A DNA stretch of 48,649 bases. Source: Candidatus Methylomirabilis sp. (GTDB lineage: Bacteria; Methylomirabilota; Methylomirabilia; Methylomirabilales; Methylomirabilaceae). Position 1 is the first letter of the stretch; the number at the start of each line of letters is the position of its first letter. Positions 1 through 11,252 of the stretch are shown piece by piece. The stretch lies in NCBI GenBank assembly GCA_041498975.1, contig JBGQJI010000003.1, positions 1 to 48,649 on the forward strand. The letters are read 5' to 3'. The position numbers were made by a program, and so were the translations under genes. The notes below the pieces were generated by a model. That model had not been told where the DNA came from, made no database searches, and was given only the letters and a program-made list of their open reading frames with translations.

Positions 1-1152
<1,152 letters not shown>

Positions 1153-1200
1153 GGGGGGCGGGGTGGACGGGTGTCTGCAGTGGGGTATTGACGGGGTGAC

Positions 1201-1509
1201 ATGGAAAATCAGCGGATACGGATCAGACTGAAAGCGTACGATCACCGGATCCTCGATCAGTCGGCCAAGGAGATCGTCAACACGGTCCAGCGGACGGGCG
1301 CAAGGGTTTCTGGACCCATCCCGTTGCCGACCAAGATCAGTCGATTCACGGTCCTGCGCTCGCCTCACATCGATAAGAAATCGCGGGAGCAGTTCGAGAT
1401 CCGGACCCATGTCCGCCTGATGGACATATTGGATGCGCAGCCCCAGACGGTGGACGCCCTGATGCGGCTCGACCTTCCGGCCGGCGTCGATGTCGAAATC
1501 AAGCTCTAG
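1201..1509 (+). CDS. rpsJ: 30S ribosomal protein S10
   Basis: [33 protein letters not shown] motifs. Confidence 0.99.
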   Translation: MENQRIRIRLKAYDHRILDQSAKEIVNTVQRTGARVSGPIPLPTKISRFTVLRSPHIDKKSREQFEIRTHVRLMDILDAQPQTVDALMRLDLPAGVDVEIKL

Positions 1510-1566
1510 AAGCGCTGCGAGGCTTTCAACTGCCAGCCTTCGGCCAATAGTGAAGAGCTAATTGCT

Positions 1567-2199
1567 ATGAGCATTGGATTGATCGGCAAGAAAATCGGGA
1601 TGACACAACTCTTCGATGAGAACGGGAAGGCCGTTCCCGTCACGGTCATCGAGGCCGGCCCGTGTCCGGTGGTGCAGCGGAAGACCGCGGGCATCGACGG
1701 CTACGAGGCCATCCAGGTCGGCTTTCGACCGGAGCTGAAGGCGAAGAAGGTGACCAAACCGTTGAAGGGCCACTTCGACAAGGCCAAGGTGGCTCCGCAA
1801 AAGCATCTCAGAGAATTTCGCCTGGTATCCCCTGAAACCACTGAATACGCTGTCGGCCAGGTGCTGACCGTTGCGCTCTTCGAGGTGGGTGAGAAGGTCC
1901 GTGTCACCGGGATCTCGAAGGGCAAAGGGTTCCAGGGCGGGGTCAAGCGGTGGGGCTATCGAGGCGGCCCCGAGACCCATGGCTCCATGTTCCACCGAGC
2001 CCCCGGCTCGATCGGCGCGTCGTCCTATCCATCGCGCGTCTTCAAGGGGCACCATATGCCGGGACGGATGGGGGGAGATACCACGAGCGTCAAGGGGCTC
2101 AGGATCGTCAAGATCATCCCAGAGCAGAACTTGGTGCTGCTGAAGGGTGCCGTGCCGGGGCCGGCAGGCGGCTTGCTCACCATCCTGAAGCGGGGGTAA
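1567..2199 (+). CDS. rplC: 50S ribosomal protein L3
   Basis: GKKIGMTQ, PVTVIEAGPC, SKGKGFQG, HRAPGSIG; S10 operon order. Confidence 0.99.
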   Translation: MSIGLIGKKIGMTQLFDENGKAVPVTVIEAGPCPVVQRKTAGIDGYEAIQVGFRPELKAKKVTKPLKGHFDKAKVAPQKHLREFRLVSPETTEYAVGQVLTVALFEVGEKVRVTGISKGKGFQGGVKRWGYRGGPETHGSMFHRAPGSIGASSYPSRVFKGHHMPGRMGGDTTSVKGLRIVKIIPEQNLVLLKGAVPGPAGGLLTILKRG

Positions 2200-2203
2200 T
2201 CCG

Positions 2204-2839
2204 ATGGCGGCCACCGTGCAGGTTGTGGACATGAACAACGTGAAGACAGGGGATATCACCCTCGATGAGGCGGTCTTCGGCGTCGCCGCGAAGCCACATC
2301 TGCTCCATGACGTGGTCAGGATGCAGCTCGCGAATCGTCGCCAGTGGACCGCTTCGACGCGCACACGGTCGGACGTCCGCGGGGGTGGGAAAAAACCCTG
2401 GAAGCAAAAGGGGACTGGTCGGGCCCGCGCAGGGACGAGGCGCTCGCCACTGTGGCGCGGTGGGGGCACCGTCTTCGGGCCGAAGCCCAGGGACTACAGC
2501 TACCCGGTCCCGAGGCGGGTTCGAGCAGCAGCGCTTCATGGTGCGCTCTCTGCCAAGGTTCTGGCAGGTCGGCTCATCGTGCTGGAGAACCTGTCGCAGC
2601 AGCAGCCAAGCACGAAGGAGTTCAAGTCCCTGCTCGGAAGGTTAGGAGTGGAGGGTCGGGTCTTGATCGTGGCAGACCAACTTCAAAGGGATGAGGCGGC
2701 CGTCAGGTCCTGCCGCAATCTGCCGGATGTCACACTTCTGCCCGCGCAGGGGCTAAATGTGTATGATGTCTTAAGACATGATACCCTGATCATGACCCGT
2801 GGCGCCATGGCCCTGGTGGGGGAGGCGTGGAAGCCGTGA
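2204..2839 (+). CDS. rplD: 50S ribosomal protein L4
   Basis: [33 protein letters not shown]. Confidence 0.98.
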   Translation: MAATVQVVDMNNVKTGDITLDEAVFGVAAKPHLLHDVVRMQLANRRQWTASTRTRSDVRGGGKKPWKQKGTGRARAGTRRSPLWRGGGTVFGPKPRDYSYPVPRRVRAAALHGALSAKVLAGRLIVLENLSQQQPSTKEFKSLLGRLGVEGRVLIVADQLQRDEAAVRSCRNLPDVTLLPAQGLNVYDVLRHDTLIMTRGAMALVGEAWKP

Positions 2840-3126
2840 GAGAGCCTCACCAGATCATCCGGCGACCCCTGATCACCGAGAAGGGGACAGGGCTGAAGGA
2901 TCACGCCAATCAGTACCTCTTCGAGGTGGCCAGGGATGCTAACAAGATCGAGATCAGGCGCGCCATCGAATCGTTGTTTCGTGTGAAGGTTCTTGGGGTG
3001 CGGACCCTCTCGGTCAAAGGCAAGGAGAAGCGGGTCGGCCGTTTCGTCGGTCGCACCCCCGATTGGAAGAAGGCCGTGGCCATCCTGAAAGAAGGGGACA
3101 GCATCGAATTTTTCGAGGGTGTCTAG
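2836..3126 (+). CDS. rplW: 50S ribosomal protein L23
   Basis: [24 protein letters not shown] start overlapping the rplD stop chosen because of GGAGG at 2821. Confidence 0.97.
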   Translation: MREPHQIIRRPLITEKGTGLKDHANQYLFEVARDANKIEIRRAIESLFRVKVLGVRTLSVKGKEKRVGRFVGRTPDWKKAVAILKEGDSIEFFEGV

Positions 3127-3945
3127 GTGCCGATCCGAGCCTACAAACCTACATCGCCTGGCAGGCGCTTCCAAAGCGTCCTGGACTATTCCGATCTGAC
3201 CAAGACGGGCCCGGAGAGGGCCCTGCTGCGTCCCCTTCGCAAGACCGGGGGGCGGAACGCAGCCGGACGCTTGACCTCCCGTCATCGTGGCGGCGGGCAC
3301 AAGCGAATGTATCGTCTGATCGATTTCAAGCGGGACAAGACCGGGGTTCCGGCGAAGGTGGCGTCGATCGAATATGATCCGAACCGCTCGGCCAGGATCG
3401 CGCTCCTTCACTACGCGGACGGGGAGAAACGGTATATCGTCGCGCCCGTGGGCCTTCAAGTCGGGGAGCAACTGATGTCCGGTCCTGACGCGGAGATCAA
3501 GGTGGGAAATGCCCTGCCGCTGCGGAATATTCCGGTCGGGATGACGCTTCATAACTTGGAGTTGAAAATTGGCAAGGGAGCTCAGTTGGCCAGAAGCGCG
3601 GGTTCCGGGGTCCAATTTCTGGCGAAAGAGGGGGAGTACGGTTTGGTGAAGCTCCCCTCGGGTGAGGTCCGCCGGATTGCCCTCGACTGTACGGCGGTCA
3701 TCGGTCAAGTGGGAAACCTTGACCATGAGAACATTTCATTGGGGAAGGCCGGCCGGTCCCGATGGCTTGGGGTCAGGCCGTCGGTCAGGGGCGTGGCCAT
3801 GAACCCACACGACCACCCGCTCGGAGGCGGTGAAGGTAAGGCCTCGGGCGGCCGCCATCCCTGTAGTCCATGGGGCAAGGTGGAGCGCAAGACCCGGAAG
3901 AAGGGGCTACCCTCCGATCGGGTTATCGTGAAACGGAGGAAATAA
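3127..3945 (+). CDS. rplB: 50S ribosomal protein L2
   Basis: [40 protein letters not shown]. Confidence 0.99.
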   Translation: MPIRAYKPTSPGRRFQSVLDYSDLTKTGPERALLRPLRKTGGRNAAGRLTSRHRGGGHKRMYRLIDFKRDKTGVPAKVASIEYDPNRSARIALLHYADGEKRYIVAPVGLQVGEQLMSGPDAEIKVGNALPLRNIPVGMTLHNLELKIGKGAQLARSAGSGVQFLAKEGEYGLVKLPSGEVRRIALDCTAVIGQVGNLDHENISLGKAGRSRWLGVRPSVRGVAMNPHDHPLGGGEGKASGGRHPCSPWGKVERKTRKKGLPSDRVIVKRRK

Positions 3946-3994
3946 GTGCGAGGTGCGAGGTGCAAACTTGATGGAGAACTTCGCACCCCGCACT
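3945..3994. repeat. Inverted heptamer array (RGTGCGA / YCGCACY)
   Basis: AGTGCGA-GGTGCGA-GGTGCAA, then TCGCACC-CCGCACT in the rplB-rpsS spacer. Confidence 0.75.
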
Positions 3995-4010
3995 CGGCGC
4001 GGAGGTCAGC

Positions 4011-4295
4011 GTGTCGCGGTCATTGAGGAAGGGTCCCTACGTGGACCCCAAGCTCCTGAAAAAGATCGAAACGATGAACGAGGGGGGCGAGAAGAAGATC
4101 ATCAAGAGCTGGTCCCGGCGATCCATCATCATTCCAGAATTCGTCGGGCACACGCTAGCGATCCATAATGGAAAGAAGTTCATCCCGATCTACATCACTG
4201 AGAATATGGTCGGACACAAACTGGGGGAGTTCTCTCCAACCAGAACCTTTCGCGGACACGGGGCGCATACCGCCCGCTCTACTGCGCTGAAATAA
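4011..4295 (+). CDS. rpsS: 30S ribosomal protein S19
   Basis: [29 protein letters not shown]. Confidence 0.99.
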   Translation: MSRSLRKGPYVDPKLLKKIETMNEGGEKKIIKSWSRRSIIIPEFVGHTLAIHNGKKFIPIYITENMVGHKLGEFSPTRTFRGHGAHTARSTALK

Positions 4296-4309
4296 CGGGC
4301 GTCGAGTCG

Positions 4310-4654
4310 ATGATGGAGTGTCGAGCTGTTGGCCGGTTCATACGCATTCCGCCTCGCAAGGCGAGGTTGGTCGTTGACCTGATTCGGGGTCGTGACATCA
4401 ACCAGGCCCTCAACACGGTGAAGTTTACGAACAAGTCCGCCGCCAGGGTCGTCGAAAAGATCCTCAAGTCGGCGCTGGCCAACGCGCAGCACAACCATGG
4501 AACCAAAGACGTTGACCGTCTCTTTGTGAAGGAGGCTTTTGTGAACCAGGGGCCGACCACGAAACGGTTTCGGCCACGCGCCATGGGTCGCGCAACCCCG
4601 ATCAAGAAGCGGAGCAGCCACATCACCATCGTCTTGAAAGAGAAAGAGGCGTGA
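4310..4654 (+). CDS. rplV: 50S ribosomal protein L22
   Basis: [32 protein letters not shown]. Confidence 0.99.
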   Translation: MMECRAVGRFIRIPPRKARLVVDLIRGRDINQALNTVKFTNKSAARVVEKILKSALANAQHNHGTKDVDRLFVKEAFVNQGPTTKRFRPRAMGRATPIKKRSSHITIVLKEKEA

Positions 4655-4730
4655 TGTGAGCGGGTCTCCGCAGATGGTGGGATGAGCTCCCCGTCCCCGG
4701 CCAGAGCGGCCGACGAGTTGTGGAGGTGAG

Positions 4731-5438
4731 ATGGGGCAAAAGGTTCACCCGATAGGGTTTCGGCTGGGCGTCATCAAGCCCTGGAGGTCCAGGTGGTTCG
4801 CGACCAGGGGGTATGCAGGCGCCCTCCATGAAGATCTCAAGCTCCGGCGTTTCATCAAGGAGCGGGTCTATCACGCTGGGGTATCGGGCATCGATATCGA
4901 GCGGAAGGCCGATCAGATTCGAATCATCATCCATACCGCGAGGCCTGGGATCATCATTGGGAAGAAGGGCTCGGAGGTCGAGAAGCTGAAAGCCGCTCTC
5001 GCCGGAATGACCAAGAAGCAGATCCAGCTAGACATTCTGGAGGTCCGGAAGGCCGAGTTGGATGCCCAATTGATCGCCGAACAGATCGCTTCTCAATTGG
5101 TGCGCCGAATCGCGTTCAGGCGGGCCATGAAGAAGACCGTCCAGTCCACCATGCGGTTGGGGGCCCAAGGAGTCCAGATCGCGTGCGCCGGCCGGCTGGG
5201 CGGGGCAGAGATCGCCCGCAGAGAATGGTACCGCGAGGGGCGGATGCCACTGAACACCCTGCGAGCGGACATCGACTACGGCTTTACCCAGGCCAAGACG
5301 ACGTACGGGCTGATCGGGGTCAAGTGCTGGGTCTACCACGGTGAAGTGCTTCCAGAGGCGCTGCGGGCCAGGCAGGAGCGGGAGATGCCTCAGGACCGCC
5401 TGCGGCGTCCCCGCGGTCCGGCCCCGGCGAGAGGCTGA
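4731..5438 (+). CDS. rpsC: 30S ribosomal protein S3
   Basis: [43 protein letters not shown]. Confidence 0.99.
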   Translation: MGQKVHPIGFRLGVIKPWRSRWFATRGYAGALHEDLKLRRFIKERVYHAGVSGIDIERKADQIRIIIHTARPGIIIGKKGSEVEKLKAALAGMTKKQIQLDILEVRKAELDAQLIAEQIASQLVRRIAFRRAMKKTVQSTMRLGAQGVQIACAGRLGGAEIARREWYREGRMPLNTLRADIDYGFTQAKTTYGLIGVKCWVYHGEVLPEALRARQEREMPQDRLRRPRGPAPARG

Positions 5439-5441
5439 GAG

Positions 5442-5861
5442 ATGCTGGCACCCAAGCGGGTCAAGTTCCGAAAGCAGCACCGGGGGCGGCGGGCGGGGAT
5501 CGCCGTCCGCGGCTCGACATTGGCGTTCGGGGAATACGGTTTGAAAGCCCTGGAGGCGGCCTGGATTACCAATCGTCAGATCGAGGCGGCCCGTCGTGCC
5601 ATCACCCACTACATCAAGCGGGGAGGTAAGGTCTGGATACGAATCTTCCCCGATAAGCCAACGACCAAGAAGCCTGCTGAGACCCGGATGGGCAAAGGGA
5701 AGGGCGCCCCGGAGGGATGGGTGGCGGTTGTGAAACCAGGCCGGGTCCTGTGCGAGATGGAGGGCGTGACTGAACCGAACGCTCGGGAGGCCATGCGCCT
5801 CGCCGCCCATAAACTTCCCATCGCCACGCGCTTTGTGTCTCGCAAAATGGCGGCGAGCTGA
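5442..5861 (+). CDS. rplP: 50S ribosomal protein L16
   Basis: [26 protein letters not shown]. Confidence 0.99.
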   Translation: MLAPKRVKFRKQHRGRRAGIAVRGSTLAFGEYGLKALEAAWITNRQIEAARRAITHYIKRGGKVWIRIFPDKPTTKKPAETRMGKGKGAPEGWVAVVKPGRVLCEMEGVTEPNAREAMRLAAHKLPIATRFVSRKMAAS

Positions 5862-5866
5862 GGGCG

Positions 5867-6082
5867 ATGATGGATGTCAAAGAGCTTCGCGAATTGAGCG
5901 CGGAGGAGCTGGAACAGAAGCTTCTCGAGCTCAGGGATGACCTTTTCAAGCTGAAGTTGAGGGCATCGACAACACAGCTTGAGAACCCGGCGCGCATCCG
6001 GCAGCTCCGCCGCGAGATCGCCCGAGGAGAAACGGTGCGCAGAGAGACTCTAGGCAAACAGGCCCGCCCGGGGACAGAGTAG
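5867..6082 (+). CDS. rpmC: 50S ribosomal protein L29
   Basis: ELRELS...[17 protein letters not shown]; operon position. Confidence 0.97.
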   Translation: MMDVKELRELSAEELEQKLLELRDDLFKLKLRASTTQLENPARIRQLRREIARGETVRRETLGKQARPGTE

Positions 6083-6087
6083 ACGCC

Positions 6088-6357
6088 ATGACCGAAAAGC
6101 CGAAGAGAGGCCGTCGAAAGGCATTAGTGGGGGTGGTGGTCAGCGATAAGATGCAGAAGACCGTCGTGGTTCTGGTGGAGCGCCTGGTCCGTCATGAGGG
6201 ATACGGCAAGATGGTCCGGCGCAGGACAAAGGTAAAGGCCCACGATGAAGACAACCGCTGCGGAATCGGAGACAGGGTCGCCATCGCGGAGACTCGCCCT
6301 CTAAGCAAGGAAAAGCATTGGCGGGTAACGGAGGTCCTGGAGAAGGCGGCCGTCTAG
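6088..6357 (+). CDS. rpsQ: 30S ribosomal protein S17
   Basis: [25 protein letters not shown]. Confidence 0.99.
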   Translation: MTEKPKRGRRKALVGVVVSDKMQKTVVVLVERLVRHEGYGKMVRRRTKVKAHDEDNRCGIGDRVAIAETRPLSKEKHWRVTEVLEKAAV

Positions 6358-6367
6358 AGTGGAGAAG

Positions 6368-6465
6368 AGGGTAGAGCGTATAGGGCTCAGGGTATAGAGT
6401 GATGTATGAGCCGACAGGCAAGACTAGCTTTTGGCTTAAACCCTATACCCTTTGCCCTACACCCT
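6368..6465. repeat. Inverted heptamer array (AGGGTAT / ATACCCT)
   Basis: AGGGTAG-AGCGTAT-AGGGCTC-AGGGTAT ... AAACCCT-ATACCCT-TTGCCCT-ACACCCT between rpsQ and rplN. Confidence 0.75.
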
Positions 6466-6487
6466 GGATTCTCGTGGGTGAAGAGTT

Positions 6488-6856
6488 GTGATCGGCTTAC
6501 GGACAATCCTGGAGGTCGCCGATAATTCCGGCGCCAAGCGGATCTCCCTGATCAAGGTGTTGGGGGGGTCGGCGAAGCGGTACGCCCGCCTGGGGGACAT
6601 CATCGTCGCCAACGTCAAGGAGGCGGTCCCGGAGGGCTCGGTGAAGAAGGGCGAGGTCGTGAAGGCGGTGGTGGTTCGGACTTCAAAAGAGCTGCGCCGC
6701 CCCGATGGCTCCCATATCAAATTCGACCGAAACGCGGCCGTGCTTCTGAATGAGCAGAATAACCCGGTCGGCACCAGGATTTTCGGGCCGGTGGCCCGTG
6801 AGCTTCGCGAGGCGCAGTTCATGAAGATCATCTCTCTGGCTCCAGAGGTGGTCTGA
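6488..6856 (+). CDS. rplN: 50S ribosomal protein L14
   Basis: [29 protein letters not shown]. Confidence 0.99.
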   Translation: MIGLRTILEVADNSGAKRISLIKVLGGSAKRYARLGDIIVANVKEAVPEGSVKKGEVVKAVVVRTSKELRRPDGSHIKFDRNAAVLLNEQNNPVGTRIFGPVARELREAQFMKIISLAPEVV

Positions 6857-6943
6857 CGCGGAAAGACCGAATCCCGGCTCTAAGATCGGGGACTGTGGGG
6901 CCTCATGCGATCTCCGATCCGCGAGGGCCGAATCTGTGAGGGC

Positions 6944-7276
6944 ATGATGGCGCTGGGTGGCGGGCTGGCGGTCAAGAAGAATGATCTGGTGGTCGTGATC
7001 GCCGGAAAGGACAAAGGGAAACGGGGGAAGGTTCTGAAGGTGATCCCCAAGCTCGACCGGGCCCTGGTGGAGAAGCTGAATTTCGTCAAGCGCCATACCA
7101 AGCCTGGGCGGGCCTCGAGGCAGGGGGGCATCCTCGAACGGGAGAGCCCGATTCACGTCTCCAACCTGATGTTGGTGTGCAGCAAATGTGACCGTCCTGC
7201 CAAGGTCAGCCATAGCCGCCTCGCCGATGGCAGGAAGGTTCGGGTGTGTAAGAAGTGCGGCGAGGTGCTTGATTAG
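6944..7276 (+). CDS. rplX: 50S ribosomal protein L24 with C-terminal CxxC...CxxC
   Basis: VIAGKDKGKRGKV (KOW), ESPIHVSN; start at ATG 6944 or 6947 after GAGGG. Confidence 0.97.
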   Translation: MMALGGGLAVKKNDLVVVIAGKDKGKRGKVLKVIPKLDRALVEKLNFVKRHTKPGRASRQGGILERESPIHVSNLMLVCSKCDRPAKVSHSRLADGRKVRVCKKCGEVLD

Positions 7277-7451
7277 TGTCGTTTCAATCATGTACGCCAC
7301 GATGAATGGTGAGGTTAGGGCAAGCAACGGTTCTTAGCGGAACACCTGTCGGCGATTAGTGCCGTTCCAACTACCTGGGTAAAAGAACATCTATTGGCGA
7401 TTCGCCAAAACGAGTTGGAACGGCATTAGCCGCAACAAGTTGGAACGGCAG
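7276..7451. mobile_element. MITE-like element (outer copy) with a nested copy of the same family at 7359-7426
   Basis: Outer ends GTGTCGTTTCAATC (7276) and AGTTGGAACGGCAG (7438-7451); inner ends GTGCCGTTCCAACT (7359-7372) and AGTTGGAACGGCAT (7413-7426), flanked by TA on both sides; homologous in reverse orientation to 28626-28830. Confidence 0.8.
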
Positions 7452-7462
7452 GAGGGGGGCTC

Positions 7463-8095
7463 ATGGCGGAAGGGGCCAAACCGAAGCGGAAGGAGAAGGA
7501 GAAGGAGAAGGGGAAGGAAGTTGCGAAAGAGTTCAAGGCGGAGCCCCGCGTTCCGCCCAGGCTCCGCGAACGCTTTCGGCAGCAGATCGTTCCAGCCCTC
7601 ATGAAACAGTTTCGGTATAAGAATATCTGGCAGGTGCCCCGCCCCAAGAAGGTGGTGATCAATATGGGGCTGGGTGAGGCCGTGAGTAACGCGAAGGTGA
7701 TGGACGCGGCGGTTGAGGAGCTCTCGGCGGTGACCGGACAGCGGCCCGTGGTCACCCGCGCGACGAAGTCGGAAGCGGGGTTCAAGCTCCGGGCCGGAAT
7801 GCCTATCGGCTGTAAGGTCACCCTGCGAGGGGACCGGATGTATGAGTTCCTCGACCGGTTCCTGAACATGGTGCTGCCCCGAATCCGGGACTTCAAGGGG
7901 GTGCCGGCCAAGTCTTTCGACGGCCGGGGCAACTACAACCTCGGAGTGAAGGAGCAATTGATCTTCCCGGAGATCCAGTACGAGAAGGTGGAAGCGGTGC
8001 GCGGTATGGATATCTCCATTGAAACGTCGGCCAGGACGGATGAAGAGGCCCGTGCGCTTTTGGAGCACCTGGGCTTTCCCTTCCAGAAGAGCTAG
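7463..8095 (+). CDS. rplE: 50S ribosomal protein L5 with a Lys/Glu-rich N-terminal extension
   Basis: [40 protein letters not shown]. Confidence 0.99.
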   Translation: MAEGAKPKRKEKEKEKGKEVAKEFKAEPRVPPRLRERFRQQIVPALMKQFRYKNIWQVPRPKKVVINMGLGEAVSNAKVMDAAVEELSAVTGQRPVVTRATKSEAGFKLRAGMPIGCKVTLRGDRMYEFLDRFLNMVLPRIRDFKGVPAKSFDGRGNYNLGVKEQLIFPEIQYEKVEAVRGMDISIETSARTDEEARALLEHLGFPFQKS

Positions 8096-8103
8096 GGGAA
8101 ATT

Positions 8104-8242
8104 GCAGCTTTGGGCAGTCAGCTTTCAGCCATCAGCGATCAGCTACATCATGGGAATGAGCAGGCAGCAGGTAGACATGTTCTTCGGGATTGCAGGGTAC
8201 TTCTCGTGCGCTTATCTTCCCTGAACGCTGAGCGCTGAGAGC
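8104..8242. repeat. Inverted heptamer array (TCAGCNN / NNGCTGA)
   Basis: TCAGCTT-TCAGCCA-TCAGCGA-TCAGCTA (8118-8145) ... ACGCTGA-GCGCTGA (8225-8238). Confidence 0.75.
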
Positions 8243-8270
8243 CAGGAGAAGACCGGAGTCGGCAGAGAGT

Positions 8271-8456
8271 ATGGCAAAGTTATCGCTGATCCTCAAAAGC
8301 CAACGCGAACCGAAGTTCAAGGTGCGCGGGTATCACCGTTGCCGGCTTTGCGGCCGGCCGCGCGGCTATCTGCGGAAGTTCGAGATGTGTCGGATCTGCT
8401 TCAGGGATCTGGCGCTTCGGGGCGAGATCCCCGGTGTCATCAAAGCGAGTTGGTGA
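8271..8456 (+). CDS. rpsZ: 30S ribosomal protein S14, type Z (short, Zn-binding)
   Basis: 61 aa, CRLCGR...[17 protein letters not shown]. Confidence 0.98.
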   Translation: MAKLSLILKSQREPKFKVRGYHRCRLCGRPRGYLRKFEMCRICFRDLALRGEIPGVIKASW

Positions 8457-8544
8457 GGGCGCGCCGCGCCTCAGCTCCGACACCCCGAACTCCCTCGAAC
8501 TCTGACCTTCGAATACTGAACGCGGAACGTGGAGCACGCTGACC

Positions 8545-8940
8545 ATGATGACCGATCCCATCGCGGACATGCTGACCAGGATCAGGAACGCCAACCTGGC
8601 TGTCCACGACAAAGTCGATGTCCCGGCGTCCAGGTTAAAGGTGGAGGTCGCAAAGATCCTCCGGGCGGAAGGGTACATCAAGAACTTCAAGGTGCTCGAG
8701 GGCGACAAGCATCGGGTGCTTCGCATTTACCTGAAGTATGGCCCGGGGAACCAACGGATTATCACCGGCCTACGCCGGGCGAGCCGACCCGGACTCCGCG
8801 TATATGCCACATCGCGACGGCTGCCTCGGGTGATGAGCGGTCTGGGGGTTGCGATCCTTTCCACCTCGCAGGGGGTGATGTCAGGACGCGCGGCGAAGGA
8901 ACGCGCGGTGGGCGGCGAGGTGCTGTGCTACGTCTGGTGA
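8545..8940 (+). CDS. rpsH: 30S ribosomal protein S8
   Basis: DPIADMLTRIRNA, SRPGLRVY, STSQG, GGEVLC. Confidence 0.99.
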   Translation: MMTDPIADMLTRIRNANLAVHDKVDVPASRLKVEVAKILRAEGYIKNFKVLEGDKHRVLRIYLKYGPGNQRIITGLRRASRPGLRVYATSRRLPRVMSGLGVAILSTSQGVMSGRAAKERAVGGEVLCYVW

Positions 8941-8944
8941 GGAC

Positions 8945-8972
8945 GGTGCCAAGTGCGAGGTGCGGGGTGCGA
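8945..8972. repeat. Heptamer tandem array (RGTGCGA)
   Basis: GGTGCCA-AGTGCGA-GGTGCGG-GGTGCGA after the rpsH stop; same unit as at 3945 and 33905. Confidence 0.7.
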
Positions 8973-9036
8973 CATTCGGGACGACCCATGGTGTCCCATA
9001 TGAAGGCACCTTAAACAACGAGCGAGTGGGCGGAAC

Positions 9037-9582
9037 ATGTCGCGCATCGGAAGGAAGCCAATCCCTATCCCAGATCAGGTGAAGGTGGAGATTTCGGGGG
9101 GGAGCGTCTCCGTAGAGGGTCCCAAGGGGAGGCTCTCACTTCGTCTTCATCACTCGATGATGATACGGTCTGAAGACCGGCACCTGTATTGCGTGCGACC
9201 CTCGGACAATAAGCTCCATCGATCGCTCCATGGCCTGACTCGCACGCTGGTTGCCAATATGATCGAAGGGGTGACCAAAGGGTTCGAAAAGAAACTGGAG
9301 ATGATCGGCGTCGGCTACCGGGCCTCGTTACAGGGAAGGAACCTGACGCTGATGTTGGGCTATTCTCATCCTATCATCTTTCCGCTCCCGGACGGGATCA
9401 AGGTCGGTGTGGAAAGCCAGAATCTGCTGACCGTCTCCGGGGCGGATAAACAGCAGGTTGGGGAGGTCGCCGCCAAGATCCGCAGTCTCAGGCCACCCGA
9501 GCCGTATAAGGGCAAGGGGGTGAAGTACTCCACCGAACGGATTCGCCGCAAGGCTGGCAAGGCCGGCAAGGCCGGGGCCTAA
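9037..9582 (+). CDS. rplF: 50S ribosomal protein L6
   Basis: MSRIGRKPI, GVGYRA, LGYSH, RPPEPYKGKG. Confidence 0.99.
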   Translation: MSRIGRKPIPIPDQVKVEISGGSVSVEGPKGRLSLRLHHSMMIRSEDRHLYCVRPSDNKLHRSLHGLTRTLVANMIEGVTKGFEKKLEMIGVGYRASLQGRNLTLMLGYSHPIIFPLPDGIKVGVESQNLLTVSGADKQQVGEVAAKIRSLRPPEPYKGKGVKYSTERIRRKAGKAGKAGA

Positions 9583-9613
9583 GGCGGCCGCATGCTTGGG
9601 AGGGCTTGAGCAG

Positions 9614-9979
9614 GTGGGCTACGAAGGAAAGCGGGAGGGCCGGCTGCGCCGGCATCGTCGGATACGGAAGCGTGTCGTCGGCAACGCGGAACGCCCGCGC
9701 CTCTGCGTATTCAAGAGCGCCCGTCATATCTACGCTCAGATCATCAACGACGAAGAAGGCAAGACCTTGGCCGCGGCGTCCACCCTTTCTGGGGAGATCA
9801 GAGAGAAGGGCAAGGTGGGGAACAAGACTGCTGTCGCCAAGCTGGTCGGTGAGCTGTTGGCCGCCAAGGCCCTTGCCGCGAGCGTGGGCGAGGTGGTCTT
9901 TGATCGAGGCGGATACAAGTTTCATGGGCGGGTCAAAGCGCTGGCCGATGGCCTTCGGGACAAAGGCTTGAAGCTCTAA
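9614..9979 (+). CDS. rplR: 50S ribosomal protein L18
   Basis: [31 protein letters not shown]; start uncertain (9596 or 9614). Confidence 0.97.
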   Translation: MGYEGKREGRLRRHRRIRKRVVGNAERPRLCVFKSARHIYAQIINDEEGKTLAAASTLSGEIREKGKVGNKTAVAKLVGELLAAKALAASVGEVVFDRGGYKFHGRVKALADGLRDKGLKL

Positions 9980-10094
9980 GATCCTTGTAGGGTCGCCTGC
10001 CGGGTCTCATCCGTGTGGTCGACTCTGTGTGAGCACGACGGTTGCCGGTGGCTATCGTGTCTGCCGTGCAGCGGGCGTGAGGGAAGGAGATGTG

Positions 10095-10607
10095 TTGAAG
10101 CGGATCAGCTCTTCTGAGTCCCTGAACCTCGTCGAGCGTGTCGTCCACATCAACCGAGTGGCCAAGGTGGTCAAGGGAGGCCGGCGCTTTCACTTCAGCG
10201 CGCTCGTCGTTGTCGGGGATCAGAATGGACACGTGGGAATCGGTTTGGGCAAAGCCCACGAGGTGCCGGAGGCGATTCGAAAAGGGATCGAGGGCGCAAA
10301 GAAGCACATGATTGCGATAGCGCTGCTTCGAACCACCATCCCACATGAGGTCGTTGGGAGGTTCGGTTCGGGTAAGGTGATCCTGAAACCGGCCTCTCAA
10401 GGGACGGGGGTCGTGGCTGGGAGGGCGGTGCGCGCCGTTTTGGAGGCTGTGGGAGTAAAGGACGTGCTGTCCAAATCGCTGGGATCAGACAATCCACACA
10501 ATGTGGTGAAAGCCACGCTGCAGGGGCTGATGTCGCTCAGAGCGCCGGAGGAAGTGGCCAGAGCGCGCGGGATGCTGTTCGAGGGCCTGGTCGCTCGGGG
10601 GGTATAA
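10095..10607 (+). CDS. rpsE: 30S ribosomal protein S5
   Basis: [29 protein letters not shown]; start TTG 10095 or GTG 10092 after AAGGAG. Confidence 0.98.
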   Translation: MKRISSSESLNLVERVVHINRVAKVVKGGRRFHFSALVVVGDQNGHVGIGLGKAHEVPEAIRKGIEGAKKHMIAIALLRTTIPHEVVGRFGSGKVILKPASQGTGVVAGRAVRAVLEAVGVKDVLSKSLGSDNPHNVVKATLQGLMSLRAPEEVARARGMLFEGLVARGV

Positions 10608-10608
10608 G

Positions 10609-10809
10609 ATGGAGAAGGCTCTGAGGATCATCCTCCGGAAGAGCATGATCGGACGGCGGGAGCACCAGCGCCGTGTGCTGGCTGGCTTGGGGCTACGACG
10701 GATCGATCAGTCTGTGGTCCGCGAGGACACCCCGGCCATTCGCGGGATGATCGCAAAAGTGGCCCATCTCGTCGATGTCCAGCAGGTCGATGGGCGGGAG
10801 GGGACATGA
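10609..10809 (+). CDS. rpmD: 50S ribosomal protein L30
   Basis: [22 protein letters not shown]. Confidence 0.97.
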   Translation: MEKALRIILRKSMIGRREHQRRVLAGLGLRRIDQSVVREDTPAIRGMIAKVAHLVDVQQVDGREGT

Positions 10810-11252
10810 GGCTGCACGAGTTGAAGCCTCCAGCGGGCGCCCGTCAGCGCAGGAAGCGGGTTGGGCGCGGGACCGGATCCGGGCACGGAAAGACATCCGG
10901 AAAGGGGGAAAAAGGCCAGAAGGCTCGCTCGGGGGCGCATATCCATCCCTGGTTTGAAGGGGGACAGCTTCCCCTGCATCGTCGCGTGCCGAAGCGGGGA
11001 TTCACCAGCCGATCCAGGAAGGTCTATGCCGTCGTGAACTTGAAGGATCTGGAGCGATTCGAGCCGGGCACGATGGTGACCCCAGGCCTGCTGCGGGAGA
11101 TGGGCCTCATCAAGAACCTGAAGGCGGGGCTGAAGGTCCTGGCCGAAGGGACCTTGACCAAGCCACTCACTATTTCTGCCCATAAGCTCTCCAAGCAGGC
11201 CGTTGAGAAGGTGCTCGCCGCGGGGGGGAAGGTCGAGGTGATAGGCGCATGA
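10806..11252 (+). CDS. rplO: 50S ribosomal protein L15
   Basis: [28 protein letters not shown]. Confidence 0.99.
   Translation: MRLHELKPPAGARQRRKRVGRGTGSGHGKTSGKGEKGQKARSGAHIHPWFEGGQLPLHRRVPKRGFTSRSRKVYAVVNLKDLERFEPGTMVTPGLLREMGLIKNLKAGLKVLAEGTLTKPLTISAHKLSKQAVEKVLAAGGKVEVIGA

Noticed and set aside
7359..7451. Repeated GTTGGAACGGCA / GCCGTTCCAAC units as a CRISPR array
   Set aside because: The copies are in inverted, nested orientation, only about 14 bp long and irregularly spaced, and no cas genes are present. A MITE explains them better.
9987..10026. GTAG-type REP in the rplR-rpsE spacer
   Set aside because: Single degenerate occurrence with a weak palindrome.
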